Shown here one piece after another: positions 9,591 to 18,755 of a DNA stretch of 64,000 bases. Positions within the stretch are counted from its first letter, which is position 1, and the number at the start of each line of letters is the position of its first letter. The translations under genes were made by a program, and so were the position numbers. Below the pieces are notes generated by a model. The model ran no database searches and was not told where the DNA came from. It saw only the letters and a program-made list of their open reading frames with translations. The stretch spans positions 12,624 through 76,623 of the forward strand of contig JAZQUH010000026.1 of the NCBI GenBank assembly GCA_045631185.1. The letters run 5' to 3'. The DNA comes from Alphaproteobacteria bacterium (lineage in GTDB: Bacteria; Pseudomonadota; Alphaproteobacteria; CAAHEQ01; UBA3637).

Positions 9591-10361
9591 TTAAAACAAA
9601 AACTTTTGTGCCTCAGCCAATTCTTCGGGCGTATTGATATCAGCGGGCGCCTCTTCAATCAACTTTACAGACGGCACAATCAACGCATAAATACGCATGC
9701 CGTTTTCCAAAGCACGCAATTGTTCCAATTTTTCTGTTTTTTCCAATACACCCTCGGGTGAAGCAACAAACTTTTTCAATGCATTTAAACGATACACATA
9801 AATACCGATATGCCAATAAGCCTGAGTACAGGCATCCGCATCACGATTAAACGGAACAGGCGAACGTGAAAAATAAAGCGCCTGTGCATAATCCTGACCT
9901 TCCGACAACCCCATGGCAATTTTAACCATAGCGGGATTTTGAATATCTTTCGGATCGGTAATTTTTTTACCAACCGTCATCCAATCGGCACCGGTTTTAT
10001 CCAACAATTCAACCAAGCGCAAATTTAATGCCGGATCCACATTGATACCATCACCTTGAAAATTTACAACCGTATCATACTTTGTTTCATCGGGATCAAT
10101 TTGTTTCATGGCCGCCACAATACGATCCGTTCCCGATGGCAAATTCGCATCGGTTAGAACAGCCTGCGCCCCAAAACTTTGGGCCAATTCTACAATTTCC
10201 TGATCACCAGCCGCAATATAGATGTCTTCTTTGGGATGAACCTTTAAGGCATGTTCATACACATGTTGTAATAAAGGCTTACCATTAATCATAGCCAGCG
10301 GTTTATTAGGCAGACGGGTTGATTTCAATCGGGTTGGAATTAAAACGGCAACTTTGCTCAT
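9591..10361 (-). CDS. kdsB: 3-deoxy-manno-octulosonate cytidylyltransferase (CMP-KDO synthetase)
   Basis: VLIPTRLKSTRLPNKPLAMINGKPLLQHVYEHA N-terminal signature. Confidence 0.9.
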   Translation of the reverse strand: MSKVAVLIPTRLKSTRLPNKPLAMINGKPLLQHVYEHALKVHPKEDIYIAAGDQEIVELAQSFGAQAVLTDANLPSGTDRIVAAMKQIDPDETKYDTVVNFQGDGINVDPALNLRLVELLDKTGADWMTVGKKITDPKDIQNPAMVKIAMGLSEGQDYAQALYFSRSPVPFNRDADACTQAYWHIGIYVYRLNALKKFVASPEGVLEKTEKLEQLRALENGMRIYALIVPSVKLIEEAPADINTPEELAEAQKFLF

Positions 10362-10375
10362 CCTGTTTCTTTCCT

Positions 10376-11773
10376 TTATTGATTAGATTGATTCGTAACA
10401 GTATTTAAATCTATATCTGTTTTTGATTCAGATTTAATTTCTTGAGGGCTATCCTGCTGTTGAACTGATTCAGATGTCAACATTTCTGTTTGTTGTTTAT
10501 CCTCTTGAACTTGTGGCTGAGCTACCATCTCTGAAACAGTTACATTTTCTTCAACCTTTACTTCCTGCTTAACTTGTTCGACTACACCTACTCCAGACAT
10601 CCCAACAGATACAGAAGGCTGTACATTTTCCTCTTGATTTTGGGAACGATTATTGAGATCACAACCTACCATTTTTTGAATATTTGAATAGCCTTTTTCT
10701 GTCAAAATTTTAATTAAACCTTTATGTAAGGCAAAAACGGCCGCTGGACCAGCATAAGTCAACGCAGCCGTATCCAATTGAATTAATGATGCCCCCGAAG
10801 AAATCATGCGATAAGCATCCTCAGGTGTCAAAACGCTTCCATAAGAAATAATCGGCAAGCGACCTTCCAAATTACGATAAAATTGAGCAATTAAAGTAAC
10901 GATACGGTCCTGTAATGGCTGGCCATACATCATACCTGTACGGAAGTTATCCTGAACATTTTCAGGCAACATCTTGGCATTTTTATCCAAAGACAATGGA
11001 CCACCAATAATCACTCCATCAGCACCGCCTTCCAAAAGATTTTGAACAACCAAAGGCACTTCCTGAATTGTGATATCTAACGGTACTTTTACCAAAACGG
11101 GGGGCGTTTGAATCGGAGCCGCCAAACGAACAGCCTCTTTTACTGACTTAATAATCGGTACGATGCTGGCTGCATCCACAATCATCATTGCCAATTCAGA
11201 ATTGGGATGTGAAAAATTCAATGTAATATAATCACAATAAGGTGATAATTTTTGCGCCATCAGAATAAACTCCTCCTGATAAGTAAAATGACGCCCCTGT
11301 TTAATATTTTGTTCCTCAGAATCCGTCGGAATTGCAATATCAACACCAACATAATGAGGCAAGTAACGACGTTTTACAAACCACGGTAAAATTCGCATAA
11401 TTCCTGGATTACGATAACCACGACACACTGACGCAATTGCTTTTTCTTTTTTCAAATAAAGAACATTTTTTTCAGGCATTTCTTTTTCCAAAGTGTAAGG
11501 ACCAAACTCACCAAAAGAATACCCCATAGAAATCAAGGAATCCAAAACATTCCCCTTTTTGTCCACGCCTTCCCCAATTCCTATTGGCGATCGAAATGCA
11601 TGTCCCCATAAATTTACAGATAACACCGGATCATTTGCTGGTTGACGTGGAAATGCACCATCTCGTAACCCCCAATACATCAGTTTATGAGACCATCGGG
11701 GATTAATCAATTGAACTAACCACCAAAAAACACGAAATAAAACATTACCAACACTTGATTGTTCTTTCGACAT
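10376..11773 (-). CDS. divergent class-2 dihydroorotate-dehydrogenase-like protein with an acidic Q/E/V-rich C-terminal tail
   Basis: Aligns by eye to PyrD (GRLPIISYG...AYRMISSGASLIQL, LNFSHPNS, FRSPIGIGEGVDKKG), but several conserved FMN/orotate motifs are altered. About 95 extra low-complexity residues at the C-terminus. Confidence 0.6.
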   Translation of the reverse strand: MSKEQSSVGNVLFRVFWWLVQLINPRWSHKLMYWGLRDGAFPRQPANDPVLSVNLWGHAFRSPIGIGEGVDKKGNVLDSLISMGYSFGEFGPYTLEKEMPEKNVLYLKKEKAIASVCRGYRNPGIMRILPWFVKRRYLPHYVGVDIAIPTDSEEQNIKQGRHFTYQEEFILMAQKLSPYCDYITLNFSHPNSELAMMIVDAASIVPIIKSVKEAVRLAAPIQTPPVLVKVPLDITIQEVPLVVQNLLEGGADGVIIGGPLSLDKNAKMLPENVQDNFRTGMMYGQPLQDRIVTLIAQFYRNLEGRLPIISYGSVLTPEDAYRMISSGASLIQLDTAALTYAGPAAVFALHKGLIKILTEKGYSNIQKMVGCDLNNRSQNQEENVQPSVSVGMSGVGVVEQVKQEVKVEENVTVSEMVAQPQVQEDKQQTEMLTSESVQQQDSPQEIKSESKTDIDLNTVTNQSNQ

Positions 11774-11865
11774 TAAAATCCTCCTGTTTTTATCTTTTTT
11801 GTCGTTTTTTTTGATATTGTATAAAAATCTGAAACAAAGTGCAAGGCTGTTTTTTATAAAAAGTC

Positions 11866-11894
11866 TTGATTTTTTGAAAAAAAAATTGTATACT
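11866..11894 (+). promoter_or_regulatory. sigma70-like promoter TTGATT-N17-TATACT upstream of rpoZ
   Basis: TTGATT 11866-11871, 17 nt spacer, TATACT 11889-11894. Confidence 0.45.
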
Positions 11895-11927
11895 GCTCAT
11901 ATCTGAACATTTTTGAAAGGATTTACT

Positions 11928-12296
11928 ATGGCTCGCGTTACCGTTGAAGAATGCATTAACAAGGTTCCCAACCGCTTTGATTTGGTTTTATTGGCCACTG
12001 GTCGCACAAAATCTTTGGAGGCCGGTGTTCCGTCTGCTTTGGACCGTGAAGATGACAAAAATTCAGTCTTATCTTTGCGTGAAATCGAATCCGGCACAGT
12101 GGATACAACTCAATTGCGTGAATCCGTTATTGCCAATATGCAACGCTACGCCACCAATGTTCAGGATGCTGTTGAAGCTCAGGACTTAAAAGAAGTGGAA
12201 GCTGAAATCGCCGGTGAATCACCCATGTATGGAGATTCAGAATTTGTCGAATCTGATTCTTTCCAAGTTGTAGGGGTAAATGAAATAGACGGCTAA
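11928..12296 (+). CDS. rpoZ: DNA-directed RNA polymerase subunit omega
   Basis: MARVTVEECINKVPNRFDLVLLATGR is the canonical omega N-terminus. AAAGGA Shine-Dalgarno lies before the ATG at 11928. Confidence 0.9.
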   Translation: MARVTVEECINKVPNRFDLVLLATGRTKSLEAGVPSALDREDDKNSVLSLREIESGTVDTTQLRESVIANMQRYATNVQDAVEAQDLKEVEAEIAGESPMYGDSEFVESDSFQVVGVNEIDG

Positions 12297-12325
12297 ATTC
12301 TCATCCAAGGGGAGGGAAAGAGAAA

Positions 12326-14455
12326 GTGCGCCAATACGAATTGATTGAAAAAGTAAAATCTTATCAGCCTTCGGCCGATGAAGATTCTTTGATTCGTGCT
12401 TATGTTTTGGCCAGCAAAGTGCACCACGATCAACGCCGTGAATCAGGCGAACCTTATTTTTATCATCCAACTTCCGTTGCCCAAATTTTGATTGAATACA
12501 AAATGGATGCGGATACGATTATGGCCGCTTTATTACACGACACGGTGGAAGATACCCCAACAGCCTATCAGGATATCGAAACTTTGTTTTCTCATCAGGT
12601 GGCCGAATTGGTGGAAGGTGTTACCAAACTGAATAAAATCCAACTGATTGACGAAGATGCCAAACAGGCACAAAATTTTCAAGAGCTGGTTTTAGCCACC
12701 AGCAAAGATATCCGTATTTTGATGATTAAAATGGCCGACAGATTACACAATATGCGCACTTTATCCGCATGTAATGCCGAAAGCAAGCGCAAACGTATTG
12801 CCATGGAAACATTAAATATCTATGTGCCATTGGCCGAACGAATCGGTTTGCATAAAATAAAAACAGAAATGGAAGATTTGTGTTTTCAAAATCTGTATCC
12901 CGAAGCTTATCAGAAAGTAAAACAACAATTGGCCGAATTTGAAGACAAAGGAAAAAATAAAATCAATACTTTGATTCGACATTTCCAAAAGTTATTAAAT
13001 GACAACAAATTAAAAGCCGAAGTTATCGGGCGAAAAAAAAGCCCCTACTCTGTTTGGAAAAAATTGCAAAAACACCATGGTTCCATGGAAGAAATCTTTG
13101 ACATCATCGGTTTGCGTGTATTGGTCAAAAAAATACCCGATTGTTATAAAGCCTTAGGTATTATCCACACAAACTTTCACGCCATTCCGGGCGGACGCTT
13201 TAAAGATTACATATCCAATCCAAAAGACAGCGGATATCGTTCCTTGCATACAAGCATATTGGGCCCCAATAATCAACGATTGGAAATTCAAATCAGAACC
13301 TATGAAATGAATCAAGAGGCTGATTTTGGATTGGTTGCCCATTGGGAATACAAACAGGGCTTTCATCGTGATGCCCATCAATATCAATGGATGAAAGAGT
13401 TATTGGATTTAATTGCCACCGCCAAAAATCCAAAAGAATTTTTAGAACACACCAAAATGGCCCTTTATCAGGATAAAATATTTGTATTTTCCGATAAAGG
13501 TCAGCTGTTTTCATTAAAACGGGGTGCAACGGTATTGGATTTTGCTTATCAAATAGATATTGCTTTGGGCAATTCATGTGATGGGGCTTTGATCAATGGA
13601 CGCAAAGAAGGTATTGGTTATGTTTTAAAGGATGGTGAAAGTGTTCAAATCCTAACAAAAAAAGTTGAACCTGATCAATCGTGGCTGACACAAGTTACAA
13701 CAGCCTTTGCACGGGCCCAAATTTTGGCAACTTTGCGTAAAAAACAAGCCATTCAAGAACGAGAACAGGTTTTAAATAATATCAAAAAAGCCGCCGAAAA
13801 AGCCCATTTAACTTTTGTAAAAGCGGATTTAAAAAATTGCCTAAAACCTTTAAAGTATAAAACGGTTGAAGCTTTATTGAATGATGTGGTTAAACAAAAA
13901 ATAACCATTCAAAAAATTCTGAACACCTTGCATCCCAATATCAAATCCAGCTTTTATCAAAGAACCATCGGTTTGTTCAAAAAGTTCAAAGATTCATCAC
14001 AGATTGCGCCTATTTTAGGGTTGGCTCAATCGGATAAATTTACATTAGGCAACTGTTGTCATCCTGTTGTGGGCGAATCCATCGTAGCCATAGAGAATAA
14101 AAAACATCACTACACAATTCACACCCGTGATTGCGCCACTTTAAGTCAATATAAAAAATCCCCCGAAAAGTGGGTGGCGGTAGAATGGAATCTGTCGGAT
14201 AAAAACAAAAATAAACAACCCGCCCGTTTACAGATTATATGGAAAACAGGACCAGCCACCATGGGTGTTGTGTTGGATTTATTGGTGAAGCAAAAAGTGG
14301 AAGTTATTCATATGAATACTTTAGCACAAAACGACAAAACAACGGAAATAATGGCCGATATTCAAGTTAAAGACATTAAACATTTAAATAATGTTATTGA
14401 AAAGATGAAAAAGCACCCGAAGATTATTTCTGTTAGCAAGGAGCATGGTCAATGA
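12326..14455 (+). CDS. spoT: bifunctional (p)ppGpp synthetase/hydrolase (RelA/SpoT homologue)
   Basis: HD hydrolase region (HHDQRRESGEPYFYHP...LHDTVEDT), synthetase region (SPYSVWKKL...GYRSLHT), then TGS- and ACT-like C-terminal parts. GTG start. Confidence 0.92.
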   Translation: MRQYELIEKVKSYQPSADEDSLIRAYVLASKVHHDQRRESGEPYFYHPTSVAQILIEYKMDADTIMAALLHDTVEDTPTAYQDIETLFSHQVAELVEGVTKLNKIQLIDEDAKQAQNFQELVLATSKDIRILMIKMADRLHNMRTLSACNAESKRKRIAMETLNIYVPLAERIGLHKIKTEMEDLCFQNLYPEAYQKVKQQLAEFEDKGKNKINTLIRHFQKLLNDNKLKAEVIGRKKSPYSVWKKLQKHHGSMEEIFDIIGLRVLVKKIPDCYKALGIIHTNFHAIPGGRFKDYISNPKDSGYRSLHTSILGPNNQRLEIQIRTYEMNQEADFGLVAHWEYKQGFHRDAHQYQWMKELLDLIATAKNPKEFLEHTKMALYQDKIFVFSDKGQLFSLKRGATVLDFAYQIDIALGNSCDGALINGRKEGIGYVLKDGESVQILTKKVEPDQSWLTQVTTAFARAQILATLRKKQAIQEREQVLNNIKKAAEKAHLTFVKADLKNCLKPLKYKTVEALLNDVVKQKITIQKILNTLHPNIKSSFYQRTIGLFKKFKDSSQIAPILGLAQSDKFTLGNCCHPVVGESIVAIENKKHHYTIHTRDCATLSQYKKSPEKWVAVEWNLSDKNKNKQPARLQIIWKTGPATMGVVLDLLVKQKVEVIHMNTLAQNDKTTEIMADIQVKDIKHLNNVIEKMKKHPKIISVSKEHGQ

Positions 14456-14832
14456 TTTTAGGTATCGGATGCGATATTTTGGATATTAAACGTTTTCAAA
14501 AAGCATGCAACACAGCTTTTATCAAACGTGTTTTTACCGATAGCGAATCAAATTTTGCCAACACATTAAAAGGCAAAAGAAAAACAAATTTTTTGGCCAA
14601 ACGTTTTGCCGGCAAAGAAGCCTTGGCCAAGGCCTGTGGCACAGGTATTGGCGATTTTATCGGATGGCAGGATATTGAAATTTTAAATGATGAAAACGGG
14701 GCTCCAATATTAAAATTATCAAAAAAGGCCCAGAAAAATATCCAAAAAAGATTTGAATGCCGCCAATTTCATACACATATCAGCCTGTCCGATGATAATC
14801 AGGCGATGGCGTTTGTTATTTTGGAAAAATAA
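14452..14832 (+). CDS. acpS: holo-[acyl-carrier-protein] synthase
   Basis: MILGIGCDILDIKRF N-terminus, FAGKEALAKA motif, 126 aa. 4-nt overlap with spoT. Confidence 0.9.
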   Translation: MILGIGCDILDIKRFQKACNTAFIKRVFTDSESNFANTLKGKRKTNFLAKRFAGKEALAKACGTGIGDFIGWQDIEILNDENGAPILKLSKKAQKNIQKRFECRQFHTHISLSDDNQAMAFVILEK

Positions 14833-15273
14833 TTATTCCTCAATCACGGCAACCGGTGGTAAAACAGAGGCATCAATTGTATCGGATGGCGCTTCTTGCG
14901 TGTTTTCGGGCAAAGATTCAATCGTTTCTTTTTCGCTATTTTCTTCCACCTGAATGGCCTCTTGTGTTTCCTCTGGTGTCGATTTAGCCTTTGGTTTCAA
15001 AGCCTGTTCATTTTCAATAGCAATAGCCTGCAAACGAAAATAATGATCGGCATATTGTTGATAAGTTTGCATCAAAACATCATCACCTTGCATTTGGGCA
15101 TCTTTGGCGGCCGCCTGATACTTTTCGGCCAACTGTAAAGCCGTGCCACGCAACTTGCCCAACGGACCCGTGGAATCGAAATTTGTATAGCGGAAAATTT
15201 GTTGCGTTTGATAGGAACGCACAGAACGATTATTGTTATTGTGGCGACGTGCCCGATTATGTTGGTTTTTCAT
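14833..15273 (-). CDS. DUF4167-like protein
   Basis: Arg/Asn-rich N-terminus followed by GTALQLAEKYQAAAKDAQMQGDDVLMQTYQQYADHYFR, as in DUF4167 proteins of alphaproteobacteria. Confidence 0.7.
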   Translation of the reverse strand: MKNQHNRARRHNNNNRSVRSYQTQQIFRYTNFDSTGPLGKLRGTALQLAEKYQAAAKDAQMQGDDVLMQTYQQYADHYFRLQAIAIENEQALKPKAKSTPEETQEAIQVEENSEKETIESLPENTQEAPSDTIDASVLPPVAVIEE

Positions 15274-15333
15274 ATATCCTCTAAATTTTGTAAAATCTTG
15301 GGGAAAAATTCATCCCCGTTCAAAAACACATTT

Positions 15334-15362
15334 ATTATAGCGAATTCAAACGGGGATGTCAA
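15334..15362 (-). promoter_or_regulatory. consensus sigma70-like promoter (minus strand) TTGACA-N17-TATAAT for the DUF4167 gene
   Basis: Reverse complement: TTGACA (15362-15357), 17 nt spacer, TATAAT (15339-15334). Confidence 0.55.
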
Positions 15363-15635
15363 GAAAAAATCAATTTCCACAACTATATCCATTCGTCGTA
15401 CACCAACTTGGACAATAGTTGGGCATACTCATTGTCTGTGTTGGACCAAAGGTATGCCCCGTTGATGATGAATATGAATAACTTTTGCAATAACGTGCAT
15501 ATCTGGCATTTAATATACCACCATCAATATATAAACCTGTCTCAACATCAGCATTTTCCACATCAAAATGCAAGCAAAAAATAATAGAAAAAAATGTCTT
15601 ATAACTAATTTGTTTTTACGATAAAAAAGAAATTG

Positions 15636-18600
15636 TTATGGAATTGATGTTGCTGAATCAACATTCAACACCGCGTTAGGATAATTTTTAATACCTTGAG
15701 ATAATAACGTAAAATCTCCTGTTCCGGCATCGGATGTAGCTTGGCCAAAAGCAGTGGTTGCATTAATTGTCCCCTCATTGCGAATTCCATAAATTCCACA
15801 ATAAGAATCTGTGCAAGAATTTAAATGGGCGTATCCTTCTATATTTGTTGAGTTTAGAATGGCATTATTAAGAGCTAGGGCTACTCCTTGTGTATACGCC
15901 TGGGATGTTGCTTTTCCGATAATCTGGTCAACATTCGATGTTGTCGAACTCTGAAAAAATACCCCAAAGGCATGACATTTATTTCCAGAACATTCTGCTG
16001 TTCCTGAAACAGAAGTTCCTGTTATTTTAGCAGTATTGGAACCGGCAATTCTTACCCCATAAGATTGAGCGTTAGGTATATCTGTTGTTGTACTTCCAAT
16101 AACTTTTTTAACTTTCCAACTCTCCACGACTGAGACACCAGAAGGTTTTGAACTTCCAATTCCTTCGCCTTTTACTGTTTCTGCCGTTAAATTCCAGGCC
16201 CAAACACCATCAAGATATCCATCAGAAGAATTGCTTTCTGCTTTCCCATAAACTTCATTACCTGCTGTGCATGTTCCTGCGCAACTTATTCCTCTGTTGC
16301 TTGTGGTGTTTTCATCCCCTATGGATTCTCCCGTAATGTTGTTTTCGGCGATTAAGGTCCCGTACAAAACATCAATTCCAGAATTGTATTTTGCATGGGC
16401 TGTTATTTTACCAATAACATTTTTGGCTGAAAGGTGTCCTCCACCGATATCAATGGCGGCATTATGATCTGTATTTCCTACACTAATTCCGGTTATATCT
16501 TCTGATACTGTTACATAAGAAGAATCAGAGATAGTAATTCCACTTCCGTTTTGATTTGTGGCGCTTAAATTTTTTACTTTGAAGGTGTTTGCCGATACAC
16601 TTAGTCCACCGTCTATAATTAAATCACAATCAGATAAATCCATGTTTTGGGAAACGACCATATCACCTTTATAGTTGATTTGATTGTCGTTGAATGAAAA
16701 ACCTTCTTCTGTTTGTGATTCAGCATTTAATAAAAGGTATCCCGTATCTAACATTTCTTGACAACACACATTATTACCACACAAAGAAACTTCTACACAT
16801 CCTGTGGAATCTTCGTTTTGTTCATATCCTTCATTACAATAACAAGCAGTATTACCAATTTGATTGCCTTCAACAACGTTAGTGGATGAATTTTCAGGAC
16901 AACCACTGGTTGGACAAGCCATTTCCATTGGACAATTAACGGAATATTTTTTGTTCCTAAAATCATATCCCACCGCATTCTGACCAGACAATCCACCACC
17001 ACCACCAGCAAAAATCTGAATACCTGTATATTGAGAAGAATTAAGCGGTCCCATATTTCCATTATTAAACCAATAAGTGTAACCTGCAGGAGTATATCCC
17101 CAATAATCCGAAACAATTCCATTTCTTTTTAAAGCAGAACAAAAATTATAAGCAGTATCATAGGTAATATCTGTTTTTATAGCGTTATTTTTTACCACTT
17201 CTGTACATTCTACAGCTTTGCATTGACCACTGCACATTTGAGGAGCATTCGAAACATAATCTTCAGGATCAAAACTGCAATATTCTCCGGAATTACAGTC
17301 ATAATTATAAGAACATCCTGTCTCGCAAAGATTGGGTTGACAATTACCCTGGCCATCGCAAAATCCATTATCTGTTCCAAAAGAAGAATTTGTTTTACAT
17401 GATGTTCCAGAAGTTGCATATTCATATTCTTGAACACCATCTTTTGTTTGACAAGAAAGAATACAAGTTGACGGAGTGAAATTTTGACACATATCTAAAA
17501 AACATCCTGTTTTATCTTCATTCAGTTCATACCCTTCGTTACAATAACAAACAGTATTAGCTATTTGATTACCTTCAACAACGTTAGTGGATGAATTTTC
17601 AGGACAGGCACAAGCCGTTCCATTCCAAAGCAATCCTGCGTCACAAGCGCATTTTTCGCCCACTTGACAATTTACACAGGCGCTATGTTGATCATTGGCT
17701 TTTTTCCCAATTTCACAAACAGAACAAGCCGTCACACTGCCTCCAATACTATATTGATCAAATTGAGCACAAAAGACGCAGGTATTTCCGTTTTTGTAAT
17801 AGCCGGCCAGACAGGTAAAACCGTTTGTATCACAAGTGTCCACACCCGTTGTCGGACATTGAACACACGAATTTCCGCTTAAATAATAACCATCTTCACA
17901 TTCTGTCGGATTGCCATCTTCATCACATATTGCAACACCAGTTCCACAGGATGTGCAAGAATTTCCATTTTTATAATATCCGGCCAGACAGGTAAAGCCA
18001 TCATCATCACAAGTAGCAACTCCTGTTGTTGGGCAAGCAATACACAAATTTCCGCTTAAATAATAACCATCTTCACATTCCGTCGGATTGCCATCTTCAT
18101 CACAAGATAAAACATTTGCACCACATGATCTACATCTGATACCATCTTTATAATATCCTTCCTTACATTCAAAACCAGCACTTTGACAATTAATACTGTT
18201 TGTCGGACACTGAATACAAGCACCATTATGTAAAAAATATCCTGGAACACAACCTATGGGATTAAAATTTTCATCGCAAATGGTATTAGGCGGACATTCC
18301 TTGGGTTGAAGATTCCTATCTGGATTTCCCTGAGCAAATCCAGGAAATTTTTCAAAATAAAAAACAGCTTCATTATTGTCACAATTATCATCTTTTTTCA
18401 AAGCACCAAGATCTGATTCAAGTAATAACTCACACAAATGTTTATTTCCCAATGTTGTAATAATCCAAAACCAATCTTTATTTACCAGCCCTATACCATT
18501 TTCGATTTCAAAAAGAGTGTTGTATGGTCCGATTTCTGTACGTTTCATGGGTTTATGTTGTAAACCTGACATATTAATCTGCCGTGCATTTTTAATAGAA

Positions 18601-18746
18601 ATAATACGTTGAGATAAAACATTTGTTTGGCCTTTCAAAGACATTGTATTCCATGTATAAAAAACAACACCGCTGATCAAGCATATGATCGCAATAACCA
18701 ATGTTACCTCTATCAGAGTTTTTCCTCTTTCCTTACTATAAAACAC
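15636..18746 (-). CDS. prepilin-leader cysteine-repeat modular protein, subfamily A, member A1 (1036 aa)
   Basis: N-terminus MFYSKERG|KTLIEVTLVIAIICLISG (Gly-1, Glu+5, hydrophobic helix). Then a small globular module with 2 Cys, tandem CxxC / GYY modules, a lectin-like insert, and a Gly/Asn/Ser/Thr-rich C-terminal half. GTG start 4 nt after a GGAGG. Confidence 0.8.
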   Translation of the reverse strand: MFYSKERGKTLIEVTLVIAIICLISGVVFYTWNTMSLKGQTNVLSQRIISIKNARQINMSGLQHKPMKRTEIGPYNTLFEIENGIGLVNKDWFWIITTLGNKHLCELLLESDLGALKKDDNCDNNEAVFYFEKFPGFAQGNPDRNLQPKECPPNTICDENFNPIGCVPGYFLHNGACIQCPTNSINCQSAGFECKEGYYKDGIRCRSCGANVLSCDEDGNPTECEDGYYLSGNLCIACPTTGVATCDDDGFTCLAGYYKNGNSCTSCGTGVAICDEDGNPTECEDGYYLSGNSCVQCPTTGVDTCDTNGFTCLAGYYKNGNTCVFCAQFDQYSIGGSVTACSVCEIGKKANDQHSACVNCQVGEKCACDAGLLWNGTACACPENSSTNVVEGNQIANTVCYCNEGYELNEDKTGCFLDMCQNFTPSTCILSCQTKDGVQEYEYATSGTSCKTNSSFGTDNGFCDGQGNCQPNLCETGCSYNYDCNSGEYCSFDPEDYVSNAPQMCSGQCKAVECTEVVKNNAIKTDITYDTAYNFCSALKRNGIVSDYWGYTPAGYTYWFNNGNMGPLNSSQYTGIQIFAGGGGGLSGQNAVGYDFRNKKYSVNCPMEMACPTSGCPENSSTNVVEGNQIGNTACYCNEGYEQNEDSTGCVEVSLCGNNVCCQEMLDTGYLLLNAESQTEEGFSFNDNQINYKGDMVVSQNMDLSDCDLIIDGGLSVSANTFKVKNLSATNQNGSGITISDSSYVTVSEDITGISVGNTDHNAAIDIGGGHLSAKNVIGKITAHAKYNSGIDVLYGTLIAENNITGESIGDENTTSNRGISCAGTCTAGNEVYGKAESNSSDGYLDGVWAWNLTAETVKGEGIGSSKPSGVSVVESWKVKKVIGSTTTDIPNAQSYGVRIAGSNTAKITGTSVSGTAECSGNKCHAFGVFFQSSTTSNVDQIIGKATSQAYTQGVALALNNAILNSTNIEGYAHLNSCTDSYCGIYGIRNEGTINATTAFGQATSDAGTGDFTLLSQGIKNYPNAVLNVDSATSIP
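16821..16901 (-). repeat. 81 bp direct repeat, distal copy (inside A1)
   Basis: About 90 percent identical to 17526-17606 and exactly 705 bp (235 codons) away. Encodes CPENSSTNVVEGNQIGNTACYCNEGYE. Confidence 0.85.
17526..17606 (-). repeat. 81 bp direct repeat, proximal copy (inside A1)
   Basis: Encodes CPENSSTNVVEGNQIANTVCYCNEGYE. See partner at 16821-16901. Confidence 0.85.
17769..18218 (-). repeat. in-frame tandem repeat, 177 bp unit, about 2.5 copies (inside A1)
   Basis: atttccgcttaaataataaccatcttcacattc(t/c)gtcggattgccatcttcatcaca recurs at 17871 and 18048. tttttrtaatakccggccagacaggtaaa recurs at 17791 and 17968. Encodes CDEDGNPTECEDGYYLSGN...CPTTGV.TCD..GFTCLAGYYKNGN. Confidence 0.9.
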
Positions 18747-18755
18747 ACTTCCTCC

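Noticed and set aside
12237-12470. 77 aa minus-strand ORF spanning the rpoZ / spoT junction
   Set aside because: It overlaps the ends of two well-supported plus-strand genes and has no motif or Shine-Dalgarno.
15370-15573. 67 aa ORF downstream of A1 with a few Cys (…NYCPSWCTTNGYSCGN). A 19 nt string attttttgcttgcattt at its start is shared with the A2 promoter region (about 21040-21058).
   Set aside because: It has a TTG start, no Shine-Dalgarno, no signal or leader sequence, and no clear similarity to the family modules. It may be a decayed fragment of a former family member or promoter duplication, but the evidence is too thin to call a gene.
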